64,000 bases of DNA from an uncultured Gemmatimonadales bacterium (GTDB lineage Bacteria; Gemmatimonadota; Gemmatimonadetes; Gemmatimonadales; GWC2-71-9): NCBI GenBank assembly GCA_963730185.1, contig CAVSQW010000007.1:288001-352000 (forward strand), in the 5' to 3' direction. Both the position numbers and the translations under genes were made by a program. Positions within the stretch are counted from its first letter, which is position 1. Every line of letters starts with the position of its first letter. The notes beneath the pieces are model-generated. The model was not told the origin of the DNA. It saw only the letters and a list, made by a program, of their open reading frames with translations, and ran no database searches. Positions 19,345 through 28,519 of this stretch are shown here, piece after piece.

Positions 19345-22167
19345 TTAACGGGGCGACCGGCGGTCGTCGCCCTCCAGCCATCGATTCGCGCTGTCGGCCC
19401 GGGCCCGGAGTGGGGCGTCGGCATCGCGCCAAGCCCGAGCGACCCAGGCGTAGTGCGCGCGGGCACTGTCGTTCTGGCCGAGCGCGGCGAAGGCGTGCGC
19501 GAGGAGGTCGTGCAGGTCGCCCGGGTTCACGCTGCCGCCCCACCCATCGGGGGGCGCCCGGAGGGCCGCGCGGAGCGGGCGCAGCGCTTCCGCCGGACGG
19601 CCCGCGTCGATCGCGATGCGACCGAGCTCGCGGTCGAAGCGAGGAAAGGTCGTCACCCGCGAGCCTCGGGCTTCCTCCAGGAGGACGAACGCTTCGCGCG
19701 ACCGGCGGGACTCGCGGAGGAGCAGCGCTTGGACCAGCCGGGCCAAGCGACCGGGTCGTCCGGTGAGCGACCGCTGTTCGAGCGAGGCGACCGCTCGGAC
19801 CAGCGGCGCGACCCGGAGCGAGTCGTCGCGGGCGTCCTGGGCGATCGCCGCCAGGGTGAGGTAGCCGGCCGCCCTGGCGGCGCCCTCGCCTCCCGCCGTG
19901 TTCTGGCGGGCCCGGTCGGCCAACCGGCCGAAGGTCTCGGCCGCCAGCCGGACCCGGAGCGCTTCGTAGTCGAGCATGATGGTGGTGACCGTGTCGCCGA
20001 TCCCGCTTTCGCCCCCTCGGGCGCCGACCCCCGCGCGGGCGAACCGGAGGGCCTCGGCCAGGCGGCCTAACGCGCGGTAGCCGCGGGTGCATTCGACCCG
20101 CATGGCGGCGGTGAGCGGCGCTTCGGCGTCGAGTCGGCACCGGCGCTCGACCCCTCCGACCTCGGCCCGGTGGGCGGCCAGCCGTACCGCGCGGGCGGTC
20201 GTGTCGGCGGGGGGCGCGCCGGCGGCGCGGGCCGCGGCGTGGGCGGAGTCGGCCCGGGCGACGTTGCCATCGTCATCGGCCAGATCGGCGAGTCGGAGCC
20301 AAGGGGCGGGATCGGCCGGCCGGAGTCGGACCCAGCGGCGGAGCACGGCGTCCGCCGCGGGGAACGAATCGGCCTCGCGATAGGCGGTAGCGAGAGCGGC
20401 CAGGTCGCCGCAGGCGCGGCAGGGCTCGCCGGCGGCGGCGCCCGAGTCGAGGGCAACGGCCCGCTCCAGGAGCGTCGCCACCCTGGCGATCGGCTCTCCG
20501 GCCCGCCAGAACACGTCGGCGGCGCGGACCAGCGCCTCGGGGTCGTTGGGAAAGCTCGCCGCCAGCGAGTCGGCCGCGAGGTAGCCGGCGGGATCATCGC
20601 GCACCGCCGCCAGATGGGCCTGGATGATCAGGCGGTCGCGGGCCGACGCGCGCGACGAGAGGCGGAGCGCCCGCTCGGCCAGCCGGCCCGTCCCGGTGTC
20701 GGCCGCCGCCGCGGCGCTCCGCCAGGCGTAGTAGGCAGCCAGCGCGAAGCTGGAGTCTTCCCGGAGCGCCGACTGGAAGAGACGTCCGGCGGCGAACAGG
20801 TCGTACTGATAGAAGGACCGGAGCCCCTCTTCGTAGAAGCGGTAGGCCAGGGGGGAGCGGGTCGTGATCTCCGCGACCGACACCGCCGGCGCCGTGCTCC
20901 TGAGATCGGCGGCGATCAGCGTCGTCGCGCTGTCCACCAGGTCGAACCGGGTCGCGCCGCTGACCCGGTAGCCCCGGACCACCATGCCCGATCCGAGGTC
21001 CACTCGCCGGACGTCGAGCTGGAGTCCCCCGCCGGCCCGGGTGGAGACGTCGCCCTCCAGCACCTCGGTGGCGCCGGCCTGCCGCGCGGCCCGCGCTCGG
21101 GCGTCGGCCCCGACCGATGGTCCGGCGGGGAGCAGCTCGAGCAGCCGCGAGGTCGCCACCACCTCGACGTTGGCCAGCCGGCTCAGGCTGGTGGTGAGCA
21201 TGTCGGCCAGGATCTGGCTCACCTGGGCCGAGTCGGGGTTGGGGACGTCGCGAATCAGGCCGACGGCGATGACCAGCCCCGTTCCCTGACCCGGCCGGTC
21301 GCGCCGGCCGAACCCGAGCCAGAGGCCGACCGCCACCGCAACCACGACGATCACCGCGATGGCCCACCGGCCCGTCAGCGTCGCCCGGCGGCCGGCGCCC
21401 GGTGGGGTCGCAGCCGATCCGGAGGGCTGATCGGGGCGGTCCGGCCCGGGCCCGGCGGCCGGCGCCTCGGCCCGGAGCTTGGCCGCGAGTGCGACCACCG
21501 CTTCGTCCGGCTCGACGCCGAGCGTCTCTCGCACCGCCTCCGCGTGGGTCCGCGCGTGCGCGAGTGCGCCGGCCCGATCGCCCAGGCCAGCGAGCGTTTC
21601 CATGTATCGGAGCGCGAACCGACCGCTCAGCGGGTCGATCACGGTGAGCCGCGCCGCCAGGTCGGTGGCCCGGCGCCGATCGCCCGAGGTCACGGCCCGC
21701 GCCAGGCCGGCGTCGAGGGCGCGGATCGCCTGGGTCCGGATCGTCTGGCGCTCGGTCTCGACCCACTGGTCGAAGGCCGGAGCGTCCTGGAGGTAGAAGC
21801 CGTCGAGAAAGGGCCCGCGATAGAGGTCGATGGCCCGGTCCCACTCCCCCCGCTGGATCGCATCCCGGAAATCGTCGAGGTCGCTCCGGACCCGCTCGGG
21901 ATCGAGCCGGATCGCCGGCTCGGCCACCACCACCTCGATGCCGAGAACCCGCTTCAGGCTGTACAGGGTCTGGGAGAGCGCGTGACGGGCCCGGGCTTCG
22001 TCACGGTCGGGCCAGAGGACGCCCAGAAGTCGGTCACGCGAGGCGCCGGCGTCGCGCGCCGCGGCCAGCACGGCCAGGAGGGCCAGCCAGCGGGGGCGAG
22101 GAACGGGGCCGTCGGCCCCGCCGGCGCTTTCCAGCCAGAGCCCGCCCAGCGTGTTGAGCCGCAACAC
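19345..22167 (-). CDS. SARP-family (wHTH + BTAD) transmembrane transcriptional regulator with C-terminal TolB_N-like/TPR region
   Basis: LRLNTLGGL, SRDRL.G.LWPD.DEARARHALSQTLY, LYRGPFLDGF, LGVEP; TM near aa 280; TTRSPLAYRFYEEG; TPRs. Alternative GTG start at 22197. Confidence 0.85.
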   Translation of the reverse strand: MLRLNTLGGLWLESAGGADGPVPRPRWLALLAVLAAARDAGASRDRLLGVLWPDRDEARARHALSQTLYSLKRVLGIEVVVAEPAIRLDPERVRSDLDDFRDAIQRGEWDRAIDLYRGPFLDGFYLQDAPAFDQWVETERQTIRTQAIRALDAGLARAVTSGDRRRATDLAARLTVIDPLSGRFALRYMETLAGLGDRAGALAHARTHAEAVRETLGVEPDEAVVALAAKLRAEAPAAGPGPDRPDQPSGSAATPPGAGRRATLTGRWAIAVIVVVAVAVGLWLGFGRRDRPGQGTGLVIAVGLIRDVPNPDSAQVSQILADMLTTSLSRLANVEVVATSRLLELLPAGPSVGADARARAARQAGATEVLEGDVSTRAGGGLQLDVRRVDLGSGMVVRGYRVSGATRFDLVDSATTLIAADLRSTAPAVSVAEITTRSPLAYRFYEEGLRSFYQYDLFAAGRLFQSALREDSSFALAAYYAWRSAAAAADTGTGRLAERALRLSSRASARDRLIIQAHLAAVRDDPAGYLAADSLAASFPNDPEALVRAADVFWRAGEPIARVATLLERAVALDSGAAAGEPCRACGDLAALATAYREADSFPAADAVLRRWVRLRPADPAPWLRLADLADDDGNVARADSAHAAARAAGAPPADTTARAVRLAAHRAEVGGVERRCRLDAEAPLTAAMRVECTRGYRALGRLAEALRFARAGVGARGGESGIGDTVTTIMLDYEALRVRLAAETFGRLADRARQNTAGGEGAARAAGYLTLAAIAQDARDDSLRVAPLVRAVASLEQRSLTGRPGRLARLVQALLLRESRRSREAFVLLEEARGSRVTTFPRFDRELGRIAIDAGRPAEALRPLRAALRAPPDGWGGSVNPGDLHDLLAHAFAALGQNDSARAHYAWVARAWRDADAPLRARADSANRWLEGDDRRSPR

Positions 22168-22311
22168 GTTATGCGCGAGATGATAGTCCGGTGACACGAG
22201 TCGGGTAGCGATTGGGGGTCGACCGACGACCGCGGTGACTACCCCGCGATTCTACCCCGGTTCGCGCCGCTCCGGCAAGGCGAGCGGCCCGATCCATCGC
22301 CGAGGAAGACG

Positions 22312-22764
22312 ATGCCCGGTTTCCTGATGCTCTCGCTCGTGGTCGGTGTGATGCTCGCGACCGTGCCCAATGAGCTGGCGGCGCAGCGCCGCTGGCAGGC
22401 CGATATCCGGATCGAGAGCCTGGACATCGCCCCGGTGGGGCAGGGCAGCCTGACGGTTCGGATCCAGGTGGCCAGCGACGACCAGGAGACCGCGCGCGAG
22501 AGCCGCCTCGAGGTGCTGGTGCCGGTAGGGCTCGAGGTCCTTCGCCTCGGGGCCGGCTGCCGGGCCAGCGCCTCGGCCGTGCCCCATCTCACCGGGAGGG
22601 TTACCTGCGAGCTGGGTGACATCCCGGTCCGAGGGCTGCGCGAGGTGCTCCTGGTCACCACCCGCCCGCCGGCCGGCGCCGTGGCCCACTTCGCCGCGTT
22701 CGTGATGAGCAACACCCCCGATCCGCGGCCGGCGAACAACTTCGCGGAGCGTCCGGTCCGATGA
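22312..22764 (+). CDS. Secreted DUF11-like (Ig-fold) protein
   Basis: Signal peptide; ADI..., VP.GL, VTC.LG.I, S.TPDP.PANN C-terminal motif; two Cys. Confidence 0.65.
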   Translation: MPGFLMLSLVVGVMLATVPNELAAQRRWQADIRIESLDIAPVGQGSLTVRIQVASDDQETARESRLEVLVPVGLEVLRLGAGCRASASAVPHLTGRVTCELGDIPVRGLREVLLVTTRPPAGAVAHFAAFVMSNTPDPRPANNFAERPVR

Positions 22765-23204
22765 CCCCGCTGCGCGCGGTTCCCGTGCTGGTCGTCCTGC
22801 TCGGCCTTCCCGCCGTCGCCCCGGCGCAGTCGGTGGCGCCGGCGGTGGCAGCCGCCCCGTCGCCGATCGCCAATCCGCCGGCACTGCGCGCCAGCGAGAT
22901 CCTGTCGCGGCGCGAGCCTGGGGTGGCCTCGCGGGTTCTGTTCGAGTGGGATCAGGTCCCGGGCGCCCGCGAGTACGTCCTCCAAGGGCGCTGGATCGAT
23001 CCCACCACCTGGGGACTCCACGACCGCGAGTACCGGGTTGGCTCCCGCAACGCGACCGCTTGGACGACTGAGCGCGTCTCCTTCGACGTGTCGCTGCCGC
23101 CGGGTGCGCACTCCTGGGCCGTGGTGGCCGTGTTCGGCCCAGACGAGATCGGCGACTTCGCCCATCCCGCTCACGTGTCCTTCGACCTGCAGGCTTCCCG
23201 ATGA
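22761..23204 (+). CDS. Secreted fibronectin type III-like protein
   Basis: Signal peptide; FEWDQVPGAREYVLQ and LPPG.HSWAVVA; ATGA overlap with upstream gene. Confidence 0.6.
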   Translation: MTPLRAVPVLVVLLGLPAVAPAQSVAPAVAAAPSPIANPPALRASEILSRREPGVASRVLFEWDQVPGAREYVLQGRWIDPTTWGLHDREYRVGSRNATAWTTERVSFDVSLPPGAHSWAVVAVFGPDEIGDFAHPAHVSFDLQASR

Positions 23205-24280
23205 CCGACCCGACCGTTCGTAGCCCGGCCGCCCGGCTTTCCTGGCTCCGCTCCGTCCTCGGCCTGACCCCGCCTGCCGAGGCCCCGACCGCCCCGCCGT
23301 CTCCTCGCCCGGCCGGCTCGGACACGACCCCCTCCGGCGGGCTGCGGGCCAGCCGGGTCGCCGGCGTCCTGTCGCTCGCGGTGGTGGGGCTGACCGCGGT
23401 CGGGCACGCCCAGGATGAGCGCTACCTCAAGCAGGCGTTCGAAGGCCAGCGGGTCACGGTGCTGATCGACATGCCGGCCACCTCGCAAGGCATCGATCTC
23501 TTTCCCGGCAGCAGCCGGCCGCTCGACTTTCAGAAGTATGCCGCCCGGCTCAAGGAGGACGGCGTCTCCATCAAGGAGGGCGAGCGGAGCCTGATCACCA
23601 AGATCCGGGTCAAGGACGACCTGATCGAGGTCCAACTCGGTGGTGGAGGCTACGGGACCTTTGGGGATGTCTTCGGCTCCGCCTTGACCAACAACGGTGC
23701 CGACAGCGGCGCGGCCCAGCAGCTCAAGAAGAGCAACGAGCGGACCCAGCGACTCGCCTCGGGCTCGCGATTCAACCTCCGCTATCCCAACGGGGTCACG
23801 CCCGCCGACCTCGAGCCCGACGCGATCATCGCCGCTCTGTCGGAGTACGCCACCTTCCCGAATCGCGCCTCACGCGAGAGCGCCGCCCGCCAGGCCGAGC
23901 CGGCCGCCGAGCCGTCGTCGCCGCCCGCCGCCTCGGCCGAGGAGCTCCGAAAGGGCATGCTGCTGGACGAGGTCGAGCGGATCGCCGGCGCCGCCGAAGC
24001 CACCCGGTCCAGCGGACCGGTCGAGACTCGGACCTACGCTACGCACGAGGTCGACTTCTACAACGGCGTCGCGGTCGAGGTGCGGAGGCGCGGCGTGGCC
24101 GGGGCCGCGACGATCCGAAAGGGGATGTTGCAGGAGGAGGTCGAGGGCCTGGCCGGCGCCGCGATCGAAAGCACGATCAACGGCCCGGTCGTCACCAAGA
24201 CGTATCACTGGCAGGACGGCACCCTGGAGGCCGACTTCGTGAATGGGGTGCTGGTCGGCTACCGGATCGTGGCCCGTTGA
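23201..24280 (+). CDS. Hypothetical exported protein with two C-terminal SmpA/BamE-like repeats
   Basis: Hydrophobic segment ending AHAQ-like; repeats LRKGMLLDEVERIAG and IRKGMLQEEVEGLAG, each followed by a ..F.NGV.V strand; ATGA overlap. Confidence 0.7.
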   Translation: MTDPTVRSPAARLSWLRSVLGLTPPAEAPTAPPSPRPAGSDTTPSGGLRASRVAGVLSLAVVGLTAVGHAQDERYLKQAFEGQRVTVLIDMPATSQGIDLFPGSSRPLDFQKYAARLKEDGVSIKEGERSLITKIRVKDDLIEVQLGGGGYGTFGDVFGSALTNNGADSGAAQQLKKSNERTQRLASGSRFNLRYPNGVTPADLEPDAIIAALSEYATFPNRASRESAARQAEPAAEPSSPPAASAEELRKGMLLDEVERIAGAAEATRSSGPVETRTYATHEVDFYNGVAVEVRRRGVAGAATIRKGMLQEEVEGLAGAAIESTINGPVVTKTYHWQDGTLEADFVNGVLVGYRIVAR

Positions 24281-24294
24281 GCGGAGGAGGAAGG

Positions 24295-25194
24295 ATGCGA
24301 CGACGATCTCCGGTCCGCGGGGCGATCCTCGCCCTCATGGCCCTGGGCCTGACGGCGTCTCTCGGCACGGCCCAGTCGCCCCTCAGGCGGCTCAAGAAGC
24401 TCAAGGAGTCCGTCAAGAAGACGATCGACACGGTGGCGTCCGGGACGGCCGCCCGGGTCATCGACAGCAGCAAGCTGGCCAAGCCGCTGGCGCCGGTGGC
24501 CGCGATCCTCGACGGGCGGCTCCCGTGCGCGGCCGACACCGCGCTCTCGGTCGGGACGACGGTGGTGTCGGAGGTCAAGCGCGACCTCGCCCTGGGCGAT
24601 ACCACGGGCACCGCCGCGCGGAACGGCGGTTCTCCCTGCGCGACGGACTCCGCGGCGCCGCCAGCGTCGGCCGCGGCGGCGGTGGTGCCCGGGACGATGG
24701 CCGCCCCGGTGACCGGTCCGGCCAGCGGTGCCGCCGCGGTCGTGGGCACCGCGATCGTGGCCGCCCCGATCGTGCGCCTGGGCGCCAAGAGCCTGTTCGG
24801 CGACAAGCCGCGAACCGCGTCCGACGTGCTCAAGGAGCTGATCGAGAAGGGGCGGGTTACGGTCAAGGGATTCACCTTCCTCCCCGCCAGCGACCGCGCC
24901 GAGCCGGTTCCCGGTCCCTTCATCGAGCCGGTCGCCGAAGCGCTCGCCGCGTTCGACGGCAAGATCGGCGTGCACGTCTGCCTCGAGGAGAACCCCCGGC
25001 TCGCCACCCCCGACACCGCCCTGGTGCGCCGCCGGATGGAGCGGGTCTGGGCCACCCTGCTCAGCGTCGGCGCGCCGGACCGGGTGTTCGCGCCGCTGGC
25101 CGAGACGCCGCTCGACCTCGTCGCCGAGCGCCACCCGGCCAAGCTCGGCCGGGCCGAGGTCGAGCTGGTCCTGCTGCCGGAGGCCAAGCCATGA
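24295..25194 (+). CDS. Secreted protein with degenerate OmpA-like C-terminal domain
   Basis: RBS GGAGGAGG; signal peptide; L.EKGRVTVKGFTF..ASD...L..RR.E.V...L...G...EVELV resembles OmpA_C but lacks GHTD and NRRV. Confidence 0.6.
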   Translation: MRRRSPVRGAILALMALGLTASLGTAQSPLRRLKKLKESVKKTIDTVASGTAARVIDSSKLAKPLAPVAAILDGRLPCAADTALSVGTTVVSEVKRDLALGDTTGTAARNGGSPCATDSAAPPASAAAAVVPGTMAAPVTGPASGAAAVVGTAIVAAPIVRLGAKSLFGDKPRTASDVLKELIEKGRVTVKGFTFLPASDRAEPVPGPFIEPVAEALAAFDGKIGVHVCLEENPRLATPDTALVRRRMERVWATLLSVGAPDRVFAPLAETPLDLVAERHPAKLGRAEVELVLLPEAKP

Positions 25195-26216
25195 CCCGTC
25201 GCACCGCGTTCCTGCTCGCCCTTGCCGCCCCGCTCCCGGCGCCGGCCCTGCTGGCGCAAGGAGCCGGCGGGCCGGCGGCCCGGCTCCGGGTGGCCGTGAT
25301 GGACCTCTCGGGCTCGGCGCTCAAGATGCAGACTACGCAGATGCCTGTGGCCGCGCCGCCGCCGGCCTACCCGCCGCCCCAGCAGCAGGGGCAACAGACC
25401 ACCGTCACCATCGCCATCCCGCCACCGAGCGAGTTCGCGCGCGGACTCACCGAGATCCTCACGACGGTGCTGGTCCGCACCGGGCGGTTCGTGGTGCTCG
25501 AGCGGGCGGCGATGCAGCAGATCGACCAGGAGCAGGCCATGGCCGCGGCGGGGAAGGTCACCCAGCAGACCGCCGCCAAGCAGGGCGCCATCCTGGGTGC
25601 GCAGGCGCTGATCACCGGCGACATCACCGGGTTCACGTTCGACCGGTCCAGCATCGGCGGGCAGGTCAACAACGTGATCAAGGGCCTGAGCGTGGCGACC
25701 GAGCGGGTCAGCGCGCAGGTGATCATCGACCTCCGTCTGATCGACGCCAGCACCGGCCAGATCCTCCACTCCGCCAAGGGCAGCGGCAAGGCCAGCCAGA
25801 CCGGCATCGCCGCCGACCTGATCAAGGACGACAAGAGCATCAGCGCCGACGCCTCGATGACGACCCCGCTGGGACAGGCCTCCCGCCAGGCCATCCAGAC
25901 GGCGGTGGCCAATCTGCTGGTCGGGATGCCACACATTCGCTGGAGCGCCCGGGTCGTCGACGTCCGGGACGGCGTGGTGTACCTGAACGCGGCCGGGGCC
26001 GACGGGATGCGCCCCGGGATGCGGCTCGAGGTCTACGAGGCGGGCGAGGCCTTGGTCGATCCGGAGACCGGGCTCTCGCTCGGCGCGCCGGAGAAGCGCC
26101 TCGGCGAGATCGTGATCGAGTCCGTGCTCGAGAAGTTCAGCACCGCGAAGATCGCGAGCGGCGAAGGGATCGCCCGAGGGCAGGTGGTGCGCCTGCCGGG
26201 AGACAAGCAGCCATGA
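25191..26216 (+). CDS. CsgG/HfaB family protein with FlgT-C-like C-terminal domain
   Basis: RVAVMD, GL.EIL.T.LV.TGRFVVLERA.M.QI.QEQ, GAQALITG.ITGF, IDLRLIDASTGQI, and VYLNAGA.DG...G..L.V....E.L.DPETG..LG. Confidence 0.85.
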   Translation: MTRRTAFLLALAAPLPAPALLAQGAGGPAARLRVAVMDLSGSALKMQTTQMPVAAPPPAYPPPQQQGQQTTVTIAIPPPSEFARGLTEILTTVLVRTGRFVVLERAAMQQIDQEQAMAAAGKVTQQTAAKQGAILGAQALITGDITGFTFDRSSIGGQVNNVIKGLSVATERVSAQVIIDLRLIDASTGQILHSAKGSGKASQTGIAADLIKDDKSISADASMTTPLGQASRQAIQTAVANLLVGMPHIRWSARVVDVRDGVVYLNAAGADGMRPGMRLEVYEAGEALVDPETGLSLGAPEKRLGEIVIESVLEKFSTAKIASGEGIARGQVVRLPGDKQP

Positions 26217-27511
26217 CGAACGCGACGAAGCGAGTCACCCTGCTGGCCGGGCTCGCGGCCGGCCTCCTGGGCGGCGTCGCGCCATCGGTCGGGGCGCAGT
26301 CCTCCGACGCCGAGGCCCGTCGCCTGGTGCCCTGGCTCGACGTACCGCCCGGGTGGGTTCGGACCGTCGAGAACGGGGTGGTGGGCGTGACCCCGAACGA
26401 CCTCCCGGCCGGCGCGTCGCTCCTGCTCCTGGTCGAGCCGCTCAAGCCGTCCACCGAGTCGCTCGCCGCGGCCTACGATCAGGCGCTTCGCGATCTCGGG
26501 CCCTGGAAGCCGGTGGCCGACCCGCGCGAGCAGCAGCTCGATCACGGCTGGTCGTTCAAGCACGGCCTGGGCGTCGCCACGCTCAACGGCACCAAGTACA
26601 CGGGCCACACGGCGGTCGCACTCCAGGGCGGCCGGCGGGTTCGGATCTGGGCGCTCGCCAACAGCGACGCCACCTACAACCGCTACCAGAGTCAGATCGT
26701 CAACGCGATCGCCAGCGTCCAGGACATCGCGGGGGAGGGCGAGGTCGCCGAGGCGTCTCCGCCCGCCGCGGGGAAGGAGCCGACGGCCGTCGGGCTCGCG
26801 GCGGGATTCGGCGACGGCGTCTCCGGCGTGTACCTCGGGCTCGAGCGCGGCATCCATGCCCGGGCCGGCGTCGGACCGGGCGGGAGCTCGGCGCCCGACA
26901 GCTACATCGGTGACGAGATGGAAGTCGACGTGTTCTACCCGGACGGGACCTATCGCCGGCGGCTGCCGGTTCGCGGTCTGGCGGCCGATCCGACCTGGGA
27001 CCGGGCGAAGCAGGGTCCGCTCTGGGGCTCCTGGTCGCGGACGGGGGACCGGGTCACGATCACCCGAGGCACCTATACCACGAGCTACCGGATCGCCGCC
27101 GACGGACTGGTGAGCGATCGGGACCGGCTCTGGCGCAAGGCGCCGGTGCCCCACGACGCCCGGCTCGACGGGACCTACGTCCGGGACGACTACCGCGATC
27201 CCGACGCGCCCCGCCTGGTGCTCCGATCCGACGGGACCTACGAGGACCGGGGTGGCTTCCTCCACATGGTCGCCGACCTCTGGAACCTGGTGACGCCCGA
27301 CGGCGACGCGATGTCGAGCCGCTGGAGCGGAGCAGAGACCCGGCAGGCCATGGGTCCCGGGAGCGGGACCTACACCTTCGATGCCTTCACCCTGACTCTC
27401 CGCGACCGGAACGGCCGGGTCTGGCAGATCAACGCCATGGTCCCCCCGGGCGAGACGGCGCCCAGTCCCGAGCACCTCTACATCAACGGGCGCTTTCTGG
27501 TGCGGAAGTGA
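26213..27511 (+). CDS. Secreted hypothetical protein (beta-rich, repeated F.PDGTY/L.SDGTY modules)
   Basis: Signal peptide ending VGAQ; ATGA overlap with the csgG-like gene; coding-like codon usage. Confidence 0.7.
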   Translation: MTNATKRVTLLAGLAAGLLGGVAPSVGAQSSDAEARRLVPWLDVPPGWVRTVENGVVGVTPNDLPAGASLLLLVEPLKPSTESLAAAYDQALRDLGPWKPVADPREQQLDHGWSFKHGLGVATLNGTKYTGHTAVALQGGRRVRIWALANSDATYNRYQSQIVNAIASVQDIAGEGEVAEASPPAAGKEPTAVGLAAGFGDGVSGVYLGLERGIHARAGVGPGGSSAPDSYIGDEMEVDVFYPDGTYRRRLPVRGLAADPTWDRAKQGPLWGSWSRTGDRVTITRGTYTTSYRIAADGLVSDRDRLWRKAPVPHDARLDGTYVRDDYRDPDAPRLVLRSDGTYEDRGGFLHMVADLWNLVTPDGDAMSSRWSGAETRQAMGPGSGTYTFDAFTLTLRDRNGRVWQINAMVPPGETAPSPEHLYINGRFLVRK

Positions 27512-27572
27512 GCCGGCCGGACTGCCGGCCACGAACCTTTCTCGCGTTCTCGGCGCGTGGCGCCGACTGGAG

Positions 27573-28445
27573 ATGACGACAATGCGCTCTTCTCTCATCG
27601 TGGTGCTGATCGCCGGCCTCGGCCTCGGGGCGACGACCTCGTCGCCGGCCCAGATCCGAACCAGGCTCCGGCGCATCGCTCCCCCAGCGGTGACCAGCGG
27701 CCACTATCGGGTGATGATCCTCGGCGCGCGGGTCGATCAGGAGACCGAGGACGACTTCCTCGAGCGCGACGGGAAGCGGGACGAGATCTACTTCGCCGCT
27801 CGGGTGCAGCAGTTCGACCGACGCGATCAGCGAACGCTCGCGGACGGCGTGGTGCGGAGCGGCATCATGGGTGACGTCAACGGGTTCCCCGCGCGGATGC
27901 GGGCCGGGTCGGCGAGCCCGCAGGGTGGAATCCGGACCGGCGACAACGTGCCGGCCGTGGGCGACGTCGCGGCCTACAGCGCCCCTCCGGTCGCCGGGGG
28001 CCTCCCGCTGCTGGTCTGGGATGGCACGCTGCGCGATGGCATCGACGTGATCGTGGTGCAGTCGGACGTGTGGGAGTGGGATGGGGACCCTGCGCTCTAC
28101 AACAGCTGGGTCTACTGGACCTCGCGGTTGACGGCGGCCGATCCCGACGTTCAACGGCTGACCGCTTCCCGGACCCTCACCCTGGATGGACCGCGCGACT
28201 TCGAGCTCGGGGATCTGCGCGCCGGGGTCGACCGCCCGATCGCGGTGTTCAAGGCGGGGTCCTCCAAGGCGCGCTGGAACGATCATTTCCTGGTGTTGAC
28301 CCGGGAGGCGATCGAAGCGGCCATCCAGAATTGGAGCGCCGTGGGCGGTCGGCCGCCGGTCACGCTCGACCGGGTGCAGCGGGGCTATGTCGACAAGCAG
28401 GACGGCGTCTACCACATCTACTTCCGCATCGAACGGCTGCCCTGA
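27573..28445 (+). CDS. Secreted hypothetical protein, paralog 1 of the DGK.DE/WEWDG/DRP domain family
   Basis: Signal peptide ending SPAQ; collinear similarity to the three downstream genes. Confidence 0.8.
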   Translation: MTTMRSSLIVVLIAGLGLGATTSSPAQIRTRLRRIAPPAVTSGHYRVMILGARVDQETEDDFLERDGKRDEIYFAARVQQFDRRDQRTLADGVVRSGIMGDVNGFPARMRAGSASPQGGIRTGDNVPAVGDVAAYSAPPVAGGLPLLVWDGTLRDGIDVIVVQSDVWEWDGDPALYNSWVYWTSRLTAADPDVQRLTASRTLTLDGPRDFELGDLRAGVDRPIAVFKAGSSKARWNDHFLVLTREAIEAAIQNWSAVGGRPPVTLDRVQRGYVDKQDGVYHIYFRIERLP

Positions 28446-28519
28446 CCAGGTCCGCCGTGCGGCCTGATCCGAAGAGCCACCGACGCCCGACCGTGTCCCG
28501 TCGTGAATGGAGGCAAACC

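Noticed and set aside
25191..26216. Canonical curli (csg) operon
   Set aside because: No curlin-repeat subunits or CsgE/CsgF-like genes, and the CsgG-like protein lacks a lipobox Cys.
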